The notes beneath the pieces were generated by a model. It was not told the DNA's origin. It did no database searches and saw only the letters and a program-made list of their open reading frames with translations. A DNA stretch of 64,000 nucleotides from Octopus bimaculoides. Its lineage: Eukaryota. Each line of letters starts with the position of its first letter. Position 1 is the first letter of the stretch. Where the stretch lies: positions 63,158,579 to 63,222,578 of the forward strand of contig NC_068989.1 in NCBI RefSeq assembly GCF_001194135.2, in the 5' to 3' direction. The position numbers were made by a program, and so were the translations under genes. Of this stretch, positions 1-13,420 are shown in pieces.

Positions 1-1384
1 TATATATATATATATATATACACAAACACAGATACACACACACACACACATGCATATATATTTGAATGATGTACGTTTGTTGTGCTGCGCGTTGAGGAAT
101 GAAATTGTTCTTAATCCTTTTCTACTAAAGAAAACACAGAACGATTAAAGCCGAATTTAACTGAATAATTCATCCTTCACAAGCGATTGAGCATCTTATA
201 CATGAGGCTCTCCGTCTCTGAAGGTATACAGCAGAAATTATGCAACGCATGTGGCTCTCAGTACCATAACAGTTGGAATTAATTAGATTAGCTAGGACAA
301 AGTGTGTTTGAGTAGGAGCTAGTTAAAACTGCTTTCAAACTAGTAACTCAATGACTAAACAAATATTATTGGATGAAATAACAATTATCATATTCCATAT
401 TTAAACAAGGGGTTCATATGCTTTTGTATGTATGTGTGGTGGTGTGCATATGTGTGTGTGTGCGTGTGGGTGTATCTATGGGCATAAATATATGCACGAA
501 CATCGAAACACACATTGTGTTTGTATGTGCTTTCATTTAGCCTGCCTCTCTCTCTCTCTATAGATATATATAAATGTATACATATGAATGCATGTAAATA
601 TAGATAGATAGACTTGAAGTAGTATGCTCACATTCACACACCACACACACACACACCCACACACACACACACTCATACACTATACACACATATTCACGCA
701 GCAAAGCATATAAATCCTCTATACAATTATCGACCTTGATAATTTTTATTTCATTTGGCAATATTCGTTTAGTTATGGAATTAGTGGTTTGAAAATTGTG
801 TCAGCGATCTCATATTCAAATACTATTCCGTGAAGGTAAGGTCAACGAAAAAATTATTCAATCTGGTTAGAGACAGATATTGCTTATTGAAAACAGTATA
901 TATATCAATGAGTTAGTAATAGGATAACACATCTGGTGCTTTCATGTGATGAACTGGTTGTGCTCAAATACCTAAAGTTGGACGATCGAATAACAGAAAA
1001 TAAGATATATGCTAGGAAGAAGGTAGATGTAAAATGTGGAAGCGTGGAGACATCGAAAAACGAAAAGAAAATGAAAAGGGGATAAAACTAAAAAGAAAAT
1101 AATGGAGAATTGCAGTTACGTCCCGTTTGACCGGAACGGATATGGGTCTAGTGTCTAGGGTCTGCAGTACAACTCCTCAATCCCGAGAAGTTGGTATTTT
1201 CTAAATCGTCAAAAGGAAATTATCCATATGTTTGCATCTTCTGAAAATTTCATATCTAGTATTGAGCAGTTACGTGTAGTTTTTAGATCTGGAATGTATC
1301 TGCGGTCGTCCCGCTACACATAGCTTGCACTTTATTGATCTATTGACATGGCACATAATTTTGAACTATTTTCTACTTGTTTGT

Positions 1385-1895
1385 NNNNNNNNNNNNNNNN
1401 NNNNNNNNNNNNNNNNNNNNNNNNNNNNNNNNNNNNNNNNNNNNNNNNNNNNNNNNNNNNNNNNNNNNNNNNNNNNNNNNNNNNNNNNNNNNNNNNNNNN
1501 NNNNNNNNNNNNNNNNNNNNNNNNNNNNNNNNNNNNNNNNNNNNNNNNNNNNNNNNNNNNNNNNNNNNNNNNNNNNNNNNNNNNNNNNNNNNNNNNNNNN
1601 NNNNNNNNNNNNNNNNNNNNNNNNNNNNNNNNNNNNNNNNNNNNNNNNNNNNNNNNNNNNNNNNNNNNNNNNNNNNNNNNNNNNNNNNNNNNNNNNNNNN
1701 NNNNNNNNNNNNNNNNNNNNNNNNNNNNNNNNNNNNNNNNNNNNNNNNNNNNNNNNNNNNNNNNNNNNNNNNNNNNNNNNNNNNNNNNNNNNNNNNNNNN
1801 NNNNNNNNNNNNNNNNNNNNNNNNNNNNNNNNNNNNNNNNNNNNNNNNNNNNNNNNNNNNNNNNNNNNNNNNNNNNNNNNNNNNNNNNNNNNNNN
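1385..1895. other. Assembly gap (N-run); similar gaps at 3254-3399, 11778-12022, 17485-17681, 30183-30528, 36808-37697, 39078-39275, 41879-42170, 42841-43170, 44275-44846, 45843-46007, 48713-49268, 51422-51791 and smaller ones
   Basis: Runs of N, almost all bordered by (TA)n, (CA)n or (CT)n microsatellites, as expected for short-read contig breaks. Confidence 0.99.
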
Positions 1896-3399
1896 TATAT
1901 ATATATATATATATATTAGAGTACACATGAGTCAACAACAGGCAGAAACAATGAAAATGCCCCTTGTATTTGAATACTATGCAAATATTCTTTTAAACAA
2001 CTATTCTTTTAATTTTCTTTACAGATAAAAGGCAGTAACATTTTCCCGACGTCACAAAGTTCTTCAACCCATGAACACGAAACAATCATGTGCGAACTAA
2101 CGGTGATCTATTGGACTGAACTGACATTCCTCGCTAACTGAAGAACCTAAACACTACGATTCGATTGAAGAATGGTATTGAAGAAGCTTGTCGCAGTTTC
2201 GAAGCAAGTTTGTCGTACTATTTCTTGAAGAATATCAATTCAGAATCTCCAAAACTGAAACAAACACTTGGGTGACAGATATAGTTGAGACATCAAATTG
2301 GTTATGGTGGACAAGTGACTAGTGAACACGAAGGCTAATGTAGCGCGCTGTTTCTCATTCAGGTGAAGCAAGCTGGATAAAAATTCTGCATAGATGACAC
2401 AAATACATGTGTGGAATCTACATAAAGCATACAAATAATGAAAGAAAGGAAAGTGCATACAAGACATTTAAGTAGGTGTGTCCTTCCTGCCTCAACCACA
2501 TCTCTAATGCCTATTTCAATATTTTAATTATAGACAGCTCATATTACACATAATATTAATTCTATTAACAATAGAATAAATAATAATAGTGATGATATAA
2601 ATAGCAATAGCATAAGGACAAATACAATCAAGTAACTATCAATATTAAGATATTAAATTAGGAAGAGAAACACAGAAAAACAGCTAATACGCCTGCGAAT
2701 GAAAGTACTACCTACCCTAGAAAAAAAAAACGATTAATGTGTTTATCAAAAAAAAGGCGAATAGTAACATGACCTAGATTTTGGCAACAAATTCCTCTCT
2801 TGACCAACAGGGTCAAAAAGTCAGTTGTTAGCTATTTTTAGAACAGCTTCCACTATGCACTCGAATGAAGGTCAAAATTTTTTCCCATTCAGTTGGAATA
2901 ATTCTCCATTCAAGAGAAATGAAAAATAGCAGATAAAATGCAAAGAAGCTATTGTTTATTTATAACATCATAACACATTTTAGTGTGCAAATATGGACAC
3001 TAACAAATGGCCGAAACGTCAAATACATAAAAAAAGGAAGACCTCAGTATGACTGCACATTGATTAAAAAAGTGAATTTTCTATATGTACAGTTTTATTT
3101 AAAGTATCAATTATTCCTCCTATATCGAAAAGAACGAAGTCTCTATAGGGACAACTGGATTTTCGGTTGCCCAAAATTGGTGCTCGCTCGAATATGATAT
3201 CCCCATCAACAACAATTTTTTTGAAAAAACTTTTTGTAAACACGCATATATATNNNNNNNNNNNNNNNNNNNNNNNNNNNNNNNNNNNNNNNNNNNNNNN
3301 NNNNNNNNNNNNNNNNNNNNNNNNNNNNNNNNNNNNNNNNNNNNNNNNNNNNNNNNNNNNNNNNNNNNNNNNNNNNNNNNNNNNNNNNNNNNNNNNNNN

Positions 3400-3452
<53 letters not shown>

Positions 3453-3459
3453 CCACTGC

Positions 3460-3705
3460 CATTCCATATGTTACGACGACGAGTGTTCCTGTTGATCCTA
3501 TAAACGGAACAGCCTGCTCGAGAAATTAATATGCAGGTGGTCGGGCAGTCGACAGACACGCATATCTTAACGTAGTTCTCGGGAACATTCACTGTGACAC
3601 AATGAGACAAGACCGGCCCAGATGCTACTCAAACCGAGCAGATTGACGCAACGTGAAATAAAGTGTTTTGCTCAAGAACGATAATAATACAGTATAAATG
3701 AAAAA
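3460..3705 (-). mobile_element. 5'-truncated SINE-like fragment sharing its central segment with the SINE at 29875
   Basis: gcaacgtgaaataaagtgttttgctcaagaac (about 3648-3679) is the near reverse complement of gttcttgagcaacacactttatttcacgttgc (about 29960-29991). Confidence 0.55.
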
Positions 3706-4114
3706 TGTGTAAGTTCGCAAATTTTGGGAGTTATTTTAGAATTTGAATAGAAGATATATGTAAATATGTGTGTGTGATAGAGAAAGATCTTGTGTGTAAA
3801 TAAAGCTTTAGCCGCTAGCGGTCAATCACAGAGGACAGGTGAAATCGACCACGTGGGTATTAGAAATCGGTCAGGTTGTTGGGGGAAGTAGGAACGGATG
3901 GCGTGTGCAGTTATATAGTGCAATATGTGGGTGTGTAGACGCGCCGGTATAGTTGTACGTCCGTGTGTATACTGATGCGAATATGCGCATCTGGGAGCAC
4001 ACACACACTTGAACGAACACGCACAGGCACAACGAATTTGAATCAAACTAATATGATCTATACAAGAAACTCCCAATACTTTGGTTGAGTGCCCTTCTTT
4101 CGTTTGTCCACTCA

Positions 4115-4159
<45 letters not shown>

Positions 4160-4185
4160 ACACACATATATACATACACACACAC

Positions 4186-4281
<96 letters not shown>

Positions 4282-4391
4282 ATGCATCGTTTCCAGTTAA
4301 AGTCCACTACGTGACATCTAAGTCAAGCACGTCATATTCCCGGGCAAACAGATAATTTATGATTCAATTTGGTAAAATCTGTGGAAGCTCG

Positions 4392-4442
<51 letters not shown>

Positions 4443-6290
4443 TGATATTCGTGCTTGTGTATGTGTGTTTGTGTTTATGTACGTGGACCTCTGCGTTTGT
4501 GATTCTCGTGCATCCTTACTGAGAGACAACCGCTGTTGTTTTGTGTGTCTAAAGCCCTTCAAGTCGGTGCTTTAGCATGGTTGGATGCCAAGAAGTGAAA
4601 CGAAAAGGTAAAGAATAACTGGCATATATCATATACTGTGTTCAATTCATCGTCTTTTATATTCCAAATGTAACACGCACACACATGCACGAGCACACAC
4701 AGATACACATACATTGACGCACATAAACACGCGCGTGCGCATACGTGAGTATCTCATTATTGCTAAACAAATTGTAATTATATGTGTATAAAGTTTTATA
4801 CATTGAATATGATATAAATCCGTTTTCAAACCTAACTAAATATTTTGCTGTAATTTACTTCAACTAAAAAAGAAATGAGTCGAGTTTATAATGTATTTAG
4901 TCAGCTTGCTGCCAATGCTTCAACAAAATTTGGATGATTTAACATTCGTTTTTATTTAATAGTAACAACAAATAAAAGCTAATAGAAATTAGCGAATTCC
5001 CCATTCTATAGTAGAATTCTCGACGTTTGGAAATCGAGGAGAATTTTCGTTTACTAGAATTCTGATAGTAAATAACATCACCTTTCTTTGCAACGCTTTA
5101 TTGTAATAAATAACACCAAGTTTTCTGCATTGTTCTGTGTAACATCATCGTTAAAACTGTTTATTTGCAGAACTCTCATGAGATCGGAATTATTTTCTCT
5201 ATGACATAACGAAACTCTGACTGTTAACTTCAGTTTCTCTTCAAACCAATCCAAACAGGAACAAAAATGCAATTGTTGGAAATATCAATTGCATTACAAA
5301 AACAACAAAATTGAAACAGAATAAATTTCCAATTCAAAGCGACTTTCAAAAAATATCATATGACTGATTATATTATTCTTTAAATTCTCTAATTCATGTT
5401 ATCTTTAATTTTGGATGAATTTGTTTTGTCATTTTCTCTTATTACTCGTTTACGAATGTGTACAGTTGTTCAGGAAAAGGGTGTTTCATTTTATTTTCCC
5501 GACTAATTGTCTGTGGAATATATACGATTCATTTATCGCTATTAGTATTTATGATTGAACATTTCATTATATAAATGTTTGGTATTTCGTTCTTCAAATT
5601 ATTTACATAGTTTAGATATTCTTCATTTAATTCAATCAATATTCAATGATTAACTGAAAGCGATTTTTTTTTTACTCAGGTTAAGCTAACATTTGTTAAC
5701 ATATACAAAACACATCACAACAAATCATTCCGCTCACAAGTAGAATAGGAATAATATTTTTATTTGATATATATATTATCCAATCAAAGTGTAAATAGCG
5801 TGTTTACAACTTCAGACGATTCCTCTAAATAAATGCTGAACAAATTTAATTAACTATTTTTTTTCATAATAGTGAGTAATATTATTTCATATTATAGTGA
5901 GTCAGATTTTAAACATTGTCTTCATTTTCGACGGAACGGAAGGATATTTAAAATATTCAACATTCATATGTGTTTAAAGTATGAATAAACTACCATAATC
6001 TCTCATGCATCAGAAATCTTAGGATTGCATACATGAGTTTCTGACTAGAACAGTTATTACAGGTGATGATTCATCGCCACGAAGTCGCTTAACGATACAT
6101 TTAAACCACTTCGTTCATAGATATGTTGTATCCTCTCTCTTGTTTTCATAGTCTTAACAGTCGCATCTACTCGTCGGAGCTGGCTTTTATCGTGTTACCT
6201 CATCAGAAAGAGTTCAGATTCACCTGTTTCCCGATATACATTATGTAAAAAAAATTCCCCGGCACCAAACTAATATTGGTTTCAAATTTT

Positions 6291-6491
6291 GGCACAAGGC
6301 CAGCAATTTCTTGGAAGGTGAGCAAGTCAGTTACATCGACCCTAGTGCTCAACTAGTACATATTTTATCGAACCCGAAATGATGAAAAGCATAATCGACT
6401 CCATCGTCACTTGAACTCGGAACGTAAAATCAAAAGTGATACCGCTAAGCGTTTTGTTCGAAGCGGTAACGATTTACCCGCACGCCGCCTT
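6291..6491 (-). mobile_element. tRNA-derived SINE, family B
   Basis: Shares ggcacaaggcc...ttacatcgaccc...tagtac.tattttatcga.ccgaaa.gatgaaa.gc...ttgaactc.gaacgtaaa with the copies at 6711, 20418, 25760 and (opposite strand) 50616. Confidence 0.85.
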
Positions 6492-6710
6492 GCTCCATGT
6501 TAATTAAATTCAAATTCTTCCTGCCACCGAAGACCGTCCAGTTAGAATTACAGTCCCACGCCTCTTTATGCAGTCGTCATTTTGCAAGTTTTGTGAGCAA
6601 TATTAAGGTAGACATTCTAAGCAGTTTGGGAGAACTTGTGAATTTGACACAACCTTCTGTCCAGTTAACAGCAATACAAAGATAAAGAAATAAAATACTT
6701 GATTCAGGTT

Positions 6711-6913
6711 TTGGCACAAGGCCAACGATATCAGAAGGGATAAATTGATTACATCAGCCCCAGTATGTAGCTGGTACTTCTTTTATTGACTCTGGAAGGA
6801 TGAAATGCGAAGCCGATCCCGATACAACTTGAACTCATTAGAACGTAAAGCCAGAAGAAATAACACTAAGCATTTTGACCGGTGTGGTAACGACTCTTCC
6901 AGCTCCTTTCCTT
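6711..6913 (-). mobile_element. tRNA-derived SINE, family B
   Basis: Same ordered motifs as 6291-6491 and 20418-20605; diverged copy. Confidence 0.85.
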
Positions 6914-7072
6914 AAGCAAATAAAATATTACTATAAAATTAATCACAAGGGAAATCAAGAAAAATACACATTATCTCACAACAGTATTAATATAGGCACC
7001 AGCAAATCATCGGACAAATAAAATTATAGTTATTCGTTTATATTTATTTCTTTTCACATTTTTTAATAACAG

Positions 7073-7127
7073 CTTCGTGGTTACATATTTCTAAGCGGTC
7101 AGTCACTGGTTCCGTCTGTTTACAAGG
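7073..7127 (+). CDS. Candidate internal exon (55 nt), product unknown
   Basis: Strong acceptor tttcttttcacattttttaataacag| and donor AGG|gtgagg. Two frames are open (LRGYIFLSGQSLVPSVYK or SWLHISKRSVTGSVCLQ). No recognisable homology. Confidence 0.15.
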
Positions 7128-7302
7128 GTGAGGGTGGTGACAAGAGATTGTCTGCGAAACCCTTTCTGTGTTTGAAAACAGTATGTTATTGATTTTTCTC
7201 AACAATGTTTGTATCTTGCGCCGATATAAATTACAAACACATACGTCCTTATACACATACATTGACGTACACACACACACACAACTCGCACACACACACA
7301 CA

Positions 7303-7342
<40 letters not shown>

Positions 7343-8390
7343 ACACTCACAATTCACACATACAGTCAAACTCTACACGCGCACACGTATTGAGCAGATC
7401 GGGCGCAGTCACACACATGTGTATACCTATACATATTCACGCTTATTAATGAAGAAGCGGTGACGGCAAAAAAACATTCTATGTCTAAATATAATTTCAT
7501 TTCTCCTGAGCCCTGACAAAGGAGAAACAGAAACAAAAAAATATTCGTCGGAGAAGACCACCGGTGAATAAAATATAATTATATCATGTTTGTACAGTTT
7601 GTCTCAAATTTATTCTTTCCATTTCATGATTTTTTTTTTTTTTTTTTTTGTAAATAATGAAAAAGTGTGACAACTGTTTACTTCTAGACTTTTCCTTGAG
7701 CACGGTGAAGACTACATCGTTTGAATGTCTGATAATGTGTTCATGTGTGCCTAGCCACCGCATCTATCATGGATCTAAGGAATTCAGTGTTGAATAGAAC
7801 AATTTAGGTCTTACTATCACCGTATTATTCCATCAGATTTTCTTGTTTGCATATTCAATGGCATATTTTCAAGCACTACTTTTAGCTGGCAACTTTCGAA
7901 AAGCTGTTTTTCTGCTTGAGTAATCGGATGCAAATGAAGTAAAACATGACCGCGTAGGAAACTAATTGATGAAGTTGATATAAATATATCTCATTTGTAC
8001 TGTCTATTTGAATTTCCATATCTCTAATGTAAGTTGTTCACAGTTGATTATAACTGATCTTAGGTTGATGCGTAATTAATTATTCAGAATTGGGAAATTA
8101 CATTACAGTGAGAGGGAAGCTGAAGAAGAAAAATGGAAATACTGATTTAGGGGGGCATTAAAAATTTGAAAGAATCTTTCATTTAAACACAACTTATACA
8201 TATACTTCTATTTACATGCGTGTATATATATATATATATATAACAGCCATGTTATCTTGGTGTTTACGGCGGTTTGATTAAGACTTTAGCTCTTATCTCT
8301 AGCAGTTTGATGCTTTTCTGCATTCTTACGTTTTGCGCTGATTTCTAATTTATACATACATACACGAACACACACACACGCGCACGCACG

Positions 8391-8448
<58 letters not shown>

Positions 8449-8461
8449 AATATATAATTAA

Positions 8462-8835
8462 ATAATTAGGGTAGAAATTGATATCAATCAATTAGCATCA
8501 TTTTAAACCACTGGTCTAGCATATTTAAAAGTAATCCGAAGATTTAAAATGTATATTACAATTCATAAGAGGAATTTATTATCTTCAGAGTTATTTCCAA
8601 CCTCAGCGCGCCAAAATGAAGACATTTGAAAGATACCCAACAAATATAATTTGCAGAACTCTACACGCGTTTTCTTTCGGGTGAACGTTTCTATGTATAG
8701 TTCAGTGAAATATGTTCGTAACGCGACAGACTACGCTGAAGAGTTGCAGATATTTGCATTTTGCATTATGCATGTGTTAACTCTGAAATCATGATACGTA
8801 GGTACTCGTTTAATTTTGTATATTTTCATTTGTCT
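8462..8835 (+). repeat. Unclassified interspersed repeat, copy 1 (second copy at about 35525-35975)
   Basis: Collinear blocks aaattgatatcaatcaatta...aaaccactggtctag...atccgaagatttaaaa and aatgaagacatttgaaa...gttttctttcgggtgaacgtttct...gaaatcatgatacgtaggta...ttttgtatattttcatttgtctt recur 27 kb downstream in the same orientation. Confidence 0.9.
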
Positions 8836-10451
8836 TTCATTTGCGCTTACAACAATTTTCTCAAATTCACGATTCCACTATACAAATTCAAAGACAATGC
8901 TAGCCAAAATGGACGAATTAGCAAGGAAATACATTTCATAAGAAAATACCGACCAACTCTAAATTCTCTAAACTAACAACACTGAGAAATTCATATATAT
9001 TTTTATATATTTATATGTGGATTTGCAAGTTATTCATAAGAAATAAACAAAGGGGATCGAAGAACCCGATTTCTATTAAAACCACAGGGGGAAAAAATCA
9101 CCACCACGACTCCTACTGCTACTACTACTATTGTTATTATCATTACTGCTGCTAGTTATTCGACGATATTAATACAAAGTAAATATGTAACCATTATTTT
9201 TCAAATGTAAACTAAGTTATACTTTATGAAGATTTGCAGGGAGATATTTTTCTGCTATACATTGATAAATGCTATTAATCCTAGAAGAAATTGTTGCTGG
9301 ATTTACCACTACCATGGGAAGAGAAATTTATGTATTAAGGGACGACAATTATCCTGAGTTTATTCTACAGTGTTACATAAAGCTATAGCATCATTAGATG
9401 AAAATATTTCAATATACTTATATATTAGTTTAATATAGCTCAATCTTTCCTAAGAAATTAAATTTCTCCTGAATTATTATATAATTTCCTGACACGCTTT
9501 GCTCTTCATATTTCAAGTAGAAATTTGAGTTGCATAGATTCGAAGCTTATATCATAGGGAATGTTCATAACACATGATTAAATTCCAGGATCATTATGTT
9601 AATATTTCATCTTTTCTGAAGATTTTAACATAAGATTTAAGTATACACCTAGTAAACTTATTGAATATATGCTGCAGGAATATTGCAGATTTATTTAGGA
9701 GGCATTAATAGTTGAGTTATACGGCGTTTATATTAGCTATTATTATGGATTTAAAGAGCTGTGAAACAGCGAATGAAAACTGAATTATTCGCAAAGATTA
9801 TTTGAGCGATGCTCACCGCAAATAAGATTTATTTACATTTACAAGGTAACTCGCCATAGTTGTGAAGAAGATATAAAATCTATTTAATTAAAATATACCC
9901 ATCGTGTACGTTTTGAAATAGCGGAAGAAATATGTAAATATGCTTGCAGTGCAATTTCAATCCAAGACAATAAATGATGAGCCCAAATGACATAATCGAT
10001 TTAGTCAACGAGGGTTAAAATACTGGAAATCTCTACTACACTATATTCTACGTTAAATAACATTTATTAAAACAAAAAGTTTAGGCATCGAGACAATATA
10101 GATAATTACACATACGCTGGTTAGGGTTATCTTCTATTTACACCGTAGATTATGACACACTGGAAAAAAATATGTTTCAATATAAAGTCATTTTGTCATA
10201 CAAATATTTTATGACATAAAATAGCGAAGAGTGCAATTTTCGAGATCCTTTTTGTAGCTGTTTAAAATTAGCATATTGTCATATACGAAGTGAGTGCAAT
10301 ACAGTAAAAATAAAGTAACACACACACAATACACACACACACAATACACACACACATACACACATATAATATATGTATATAGGTATGTACATAACCATCT
10401 AAGCTTATATAGATATAAAATGTGTGTATGTGTATATATATACATGTATAT

Positions 10452-10504
10452 ACATATAATGATTACTATTATTATTATTATTATTATTATTGTTGTTGTT
10501 GTTG

Positions 10505-10562
<58 letters not shown>

Positions 10563-10685
10563 GAAGAAGAAGAAGAAGAAGAAGAAGAAGAAGAAGAAGA
10601 AGAAGAAGAAGAAGAAGAAGAAGAAGAAGAAGAAGAAGAAGAAGAAGAAGAAGAAGAAGAAGAAGAAGAAGAAGAAGAAGAAGAA
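10452..10685 (+). repeat. Compound trinucleotide microsatellite (TAT)n-(TGT)n-(TAT)n-(GAA)~41
   Basis: Read directly; the perfect GAA run spans 10563-10685. Confidence 0.99.
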
Positions 10686-10769
10686 TTACTCTAGATCTAC
10701 AAATAATATAACCATAACCTACAAGTTCTCATGCAGAATATCAATATTGAAATTGGTCTTGTAATTTAA

Positions 10770-11150
10770 TATACAAACCGACTATGTCAGTGAACATAGA
10801 AGGCCAGTTATTTGGCCTTGTACAAGAAAGACAAATTATATAACATTATTGACATATACAATTCCCAGATACGGCAATGTAAGCTGTAAAGCGGAGGGAA
10901 TTGCAACTAACTACATTGGTCAGGGAAAACAAATTAAAAAGATATGGAATTGAAATAAGCATGTATAATTCCAGTCATTGTTGGCGCGTTCAAAAATGTA
11001 ACCAACAATTTCAAAACCTGGTTAGCTGAACAATGACTTAAAATCTGCATGAGGCTGGTACAGAAAGTAAAGTTTCTTGGAGCAGAAGAGACTTTGAGAC
11101 TTGAGATTGCTGAGTGTTACTTGCTCTGAATGAGAAATGTTCTTGTCCCA
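10770..11150 (+). mobile_element. Degenerate 3' end (RLE endonuclease region) of an R4/Dong-like non-LTR retrotransposon
   Basis: Frameshifted remnants TDYVSEHRRP, QIKKIWN, IIPVIVGAF and LVQKVKFLG match the order of the R4-clade C-terminus seen more intact at 22100-22441 and 26022-26228. Confidence 0.6.
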
Positions 11151-12049
11151 CATTCTCAAAACGAAATAACTCAAAAATAACGCATCAAAATTTACACGGA
11201 TGAAGAGATTCTCACGTAGCAACAATAAATTATAGGCAAAGTTTTATTACTCCTTTCAGAAAGAAACACGTATATTCTCGCATATTCTTTAGTTAAACGG
11301 TCAAGGTTCTATGGTAACCACACGTTTAGCGAGGAACAAATAATTTATAGTGCGGACAATGTGAAATTTAATCTTATATGCCTTTGCTTTGTAACGCATT
11401 ATTACTTATCTAGAAGAGTTTTGGTTCATATACGTAAAGACGTAAATGATATAGATAATTAATTGAATCAAGCTCAGTGCCCACTGCTGATTAACTGGAT
11501 TCACAATTGTCTACAATGTTTCGAAAACTTGTTGCACACTACGAATCATCATACAAAAGAACATGTAAATTTCATATTCGATTGGAATTAAAGTGTTTAT
11601 ATATATGAAAATTCTTATTCTTATTCTGTGTGATTATGCGGTGTGGAGAGAAGCTCAGTTAGAATTTGGATTTGATAATTTGATAATTTTGTGTTAGCAT
11701 AAAGTTTCGTAAATGTTATCAATTTTAATAATAATATGAATATGTGTGTGTGTGTTTGAATATATGTATGTATATANNNNNNNNNNNNNNNNNNNNNNNN
11801 NNNNNNNNNNNNNNNNNNNNNNNNNNNNNNNNNNNNNNNNNNNNNNNNNNNNNNNNNNNNNNNNNNNNNNNNNNNNNNNNNNNNNNNNNNNNNNNNNNNN
11901 NNNNNNNNNNNNNNNNNNNNNNNNNNNNNNNNNNNNNNNNNNNNNNNNNNNNNNNNNNNNNNNNNNNNNNNNNNNNNNNNNNNNNNNNNNNNNNNNNNNN
12001 NNNNNNNNNNNNNNNNNNNNNNTATATATATACATAAATGTGTAATAGT

Positions 12050-12470
12050 GTTTGTCTGTCTGTGTGTCTGGGGTTACTCAAACTCCTCCCACACCGTTCA
12101 ACCGATTTTGGCATATAGATAGATCACATGCCCTGAAGGGTCAAATAAGGTCGGAATCTTTCGAAAACTCGATAATGCTCAGTTGGTATCGACTTCTGTG
12201 AGCTTAATCGGGCGTTTGAATGGAAATTCCCATAACGATGTTATTTTTCCTGCAGCTGTTGCATCTTTTGTCCGATTGTGATGAAAATCGATGAGTAAGC
12301 GAGTCCCACAGCAGTGAGTTGATGTCAGTATATGGCGCTGATAAAAAATAGATAATTGCACCTGAGCAGTGATTTTATAAAATCAATAGGCTTTTTGCGT
12401 GCAAAAAGACATAGGGATTTTATTTTTGGTCATAACTTTTATATTTTTTATCCGATTTTAATGAAGTTAA
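12050..12470 (+). mobile_element. Possible non-autonomous DNA element (Helitron/DINE-1-like) fragment
   Basis: Starts with a ctgtctgt microsatellite seed, then caaccgattttggcatatagatagatcacatg. Contains palindromes gattttataaaatc (12371-12384) and ctttttgc-gt-gcaaaaag (12391-12408). Family assignment is by motif resemblance only. Confidence 0.3.
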
Positions 12471-12739
12471 ATGATAAGTACAAATAAAAGCCTTATTAAA
12501 TACAACTACCTATGGTTTACTGTCCACAATATTAATTCATTTCGCCATTTATCAACTGGTAAAACATCAAGGTGGTTTAGTAACTGCGTTAGATGTAATA
12601 AATGTTTCAATGACCACGTATATTTAGACCGTATATATTTAGCCCTAAAGAAATACAAGACAGATAATTTACCTCACAGTAAATTTAAACAGTGTTTTAT
12701 CAATATAGAATATTACATATATAAATATTAGAATGCATA

Positions 12740-13420
12740 TATCCGGTGGTTCATTTGCCAATTTCCGTCAACATGCACCGCTCCTGGTAATTATATAATC
12801 AATGGCGATTCTTAAGTGTTTTAAATGATACAGTTTTTCAAGTAATCTTATGGAACGTCTTTCTGATCCATTGTTAGGTTTGGTCTTCAATTTCATGGCG
12901 TTGGATGTTCTCGTCTGTAGGTTTTCATATTAACGCCGTGAAAGATTTTGTATGTCTCTTCTCAGGGTGTTTAAAAGCTGAAAGTTGGTTATTGTATCTG
13001 GATTTAAATTTTTCCTTCCACAGATTAAATATAACAATATAACGTTTGGTCTTCTTCCCAGCAATTACTAGAGTTCGCTCATAATTGTGCTGCATATGCA
13101 ACGGACGATATATTGCATACCTGCCTATGACGACATTTAGATTAACCATTGAATGTATATCTAGTAAGATTCAGGACATCGGTTGTTTCTTCATATTTTC
13201 CTACTTGCATAGAATATCACTCGGAGAGACATTCTGTCATAGCGTGGAAGACTTTGTAAAGCAGCTAAATGGACTGCTCATAGCTGAATAGGTGACTATT
13301 TTCTGAGAAAACATCTTTCCCAACCTTCACTTAAACTACCCTAACAATGTCATGCATTCAGAAAGTGACTTGTTTTTATTGGCGGTTTGACTTAGAGTTA
13401 TTAAAGGAAGATATGGTTGA
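12740..13420 (-). mobile_element. Penelope-like element relic (GIY-YIG endonuclease region)
   Basis: Minus-strand EKFKSRYNNQLSAFKHPEKRH resembles the PLE consensus FKxRYNNHxxSFRH..KR. Downstream GSERRSIRLLEKLYHL resembles GSKRCxLCLxEKLxI. Multiple stops and frameshifts. Confidence 0.75.

Noticed and set aside
5078-5272. Minus-strand 64-aa ORF ending at an AG|gtgatg donor-like site
   Set aside because: There is no recognisable homology, no clear acceptor and no supporting neighbouring exon.
10294-10764. Poly-I/poly-K and poly-Y/poly-E ORFs
   Set aside because: They are translations of the TAT/GAA microsatellite.
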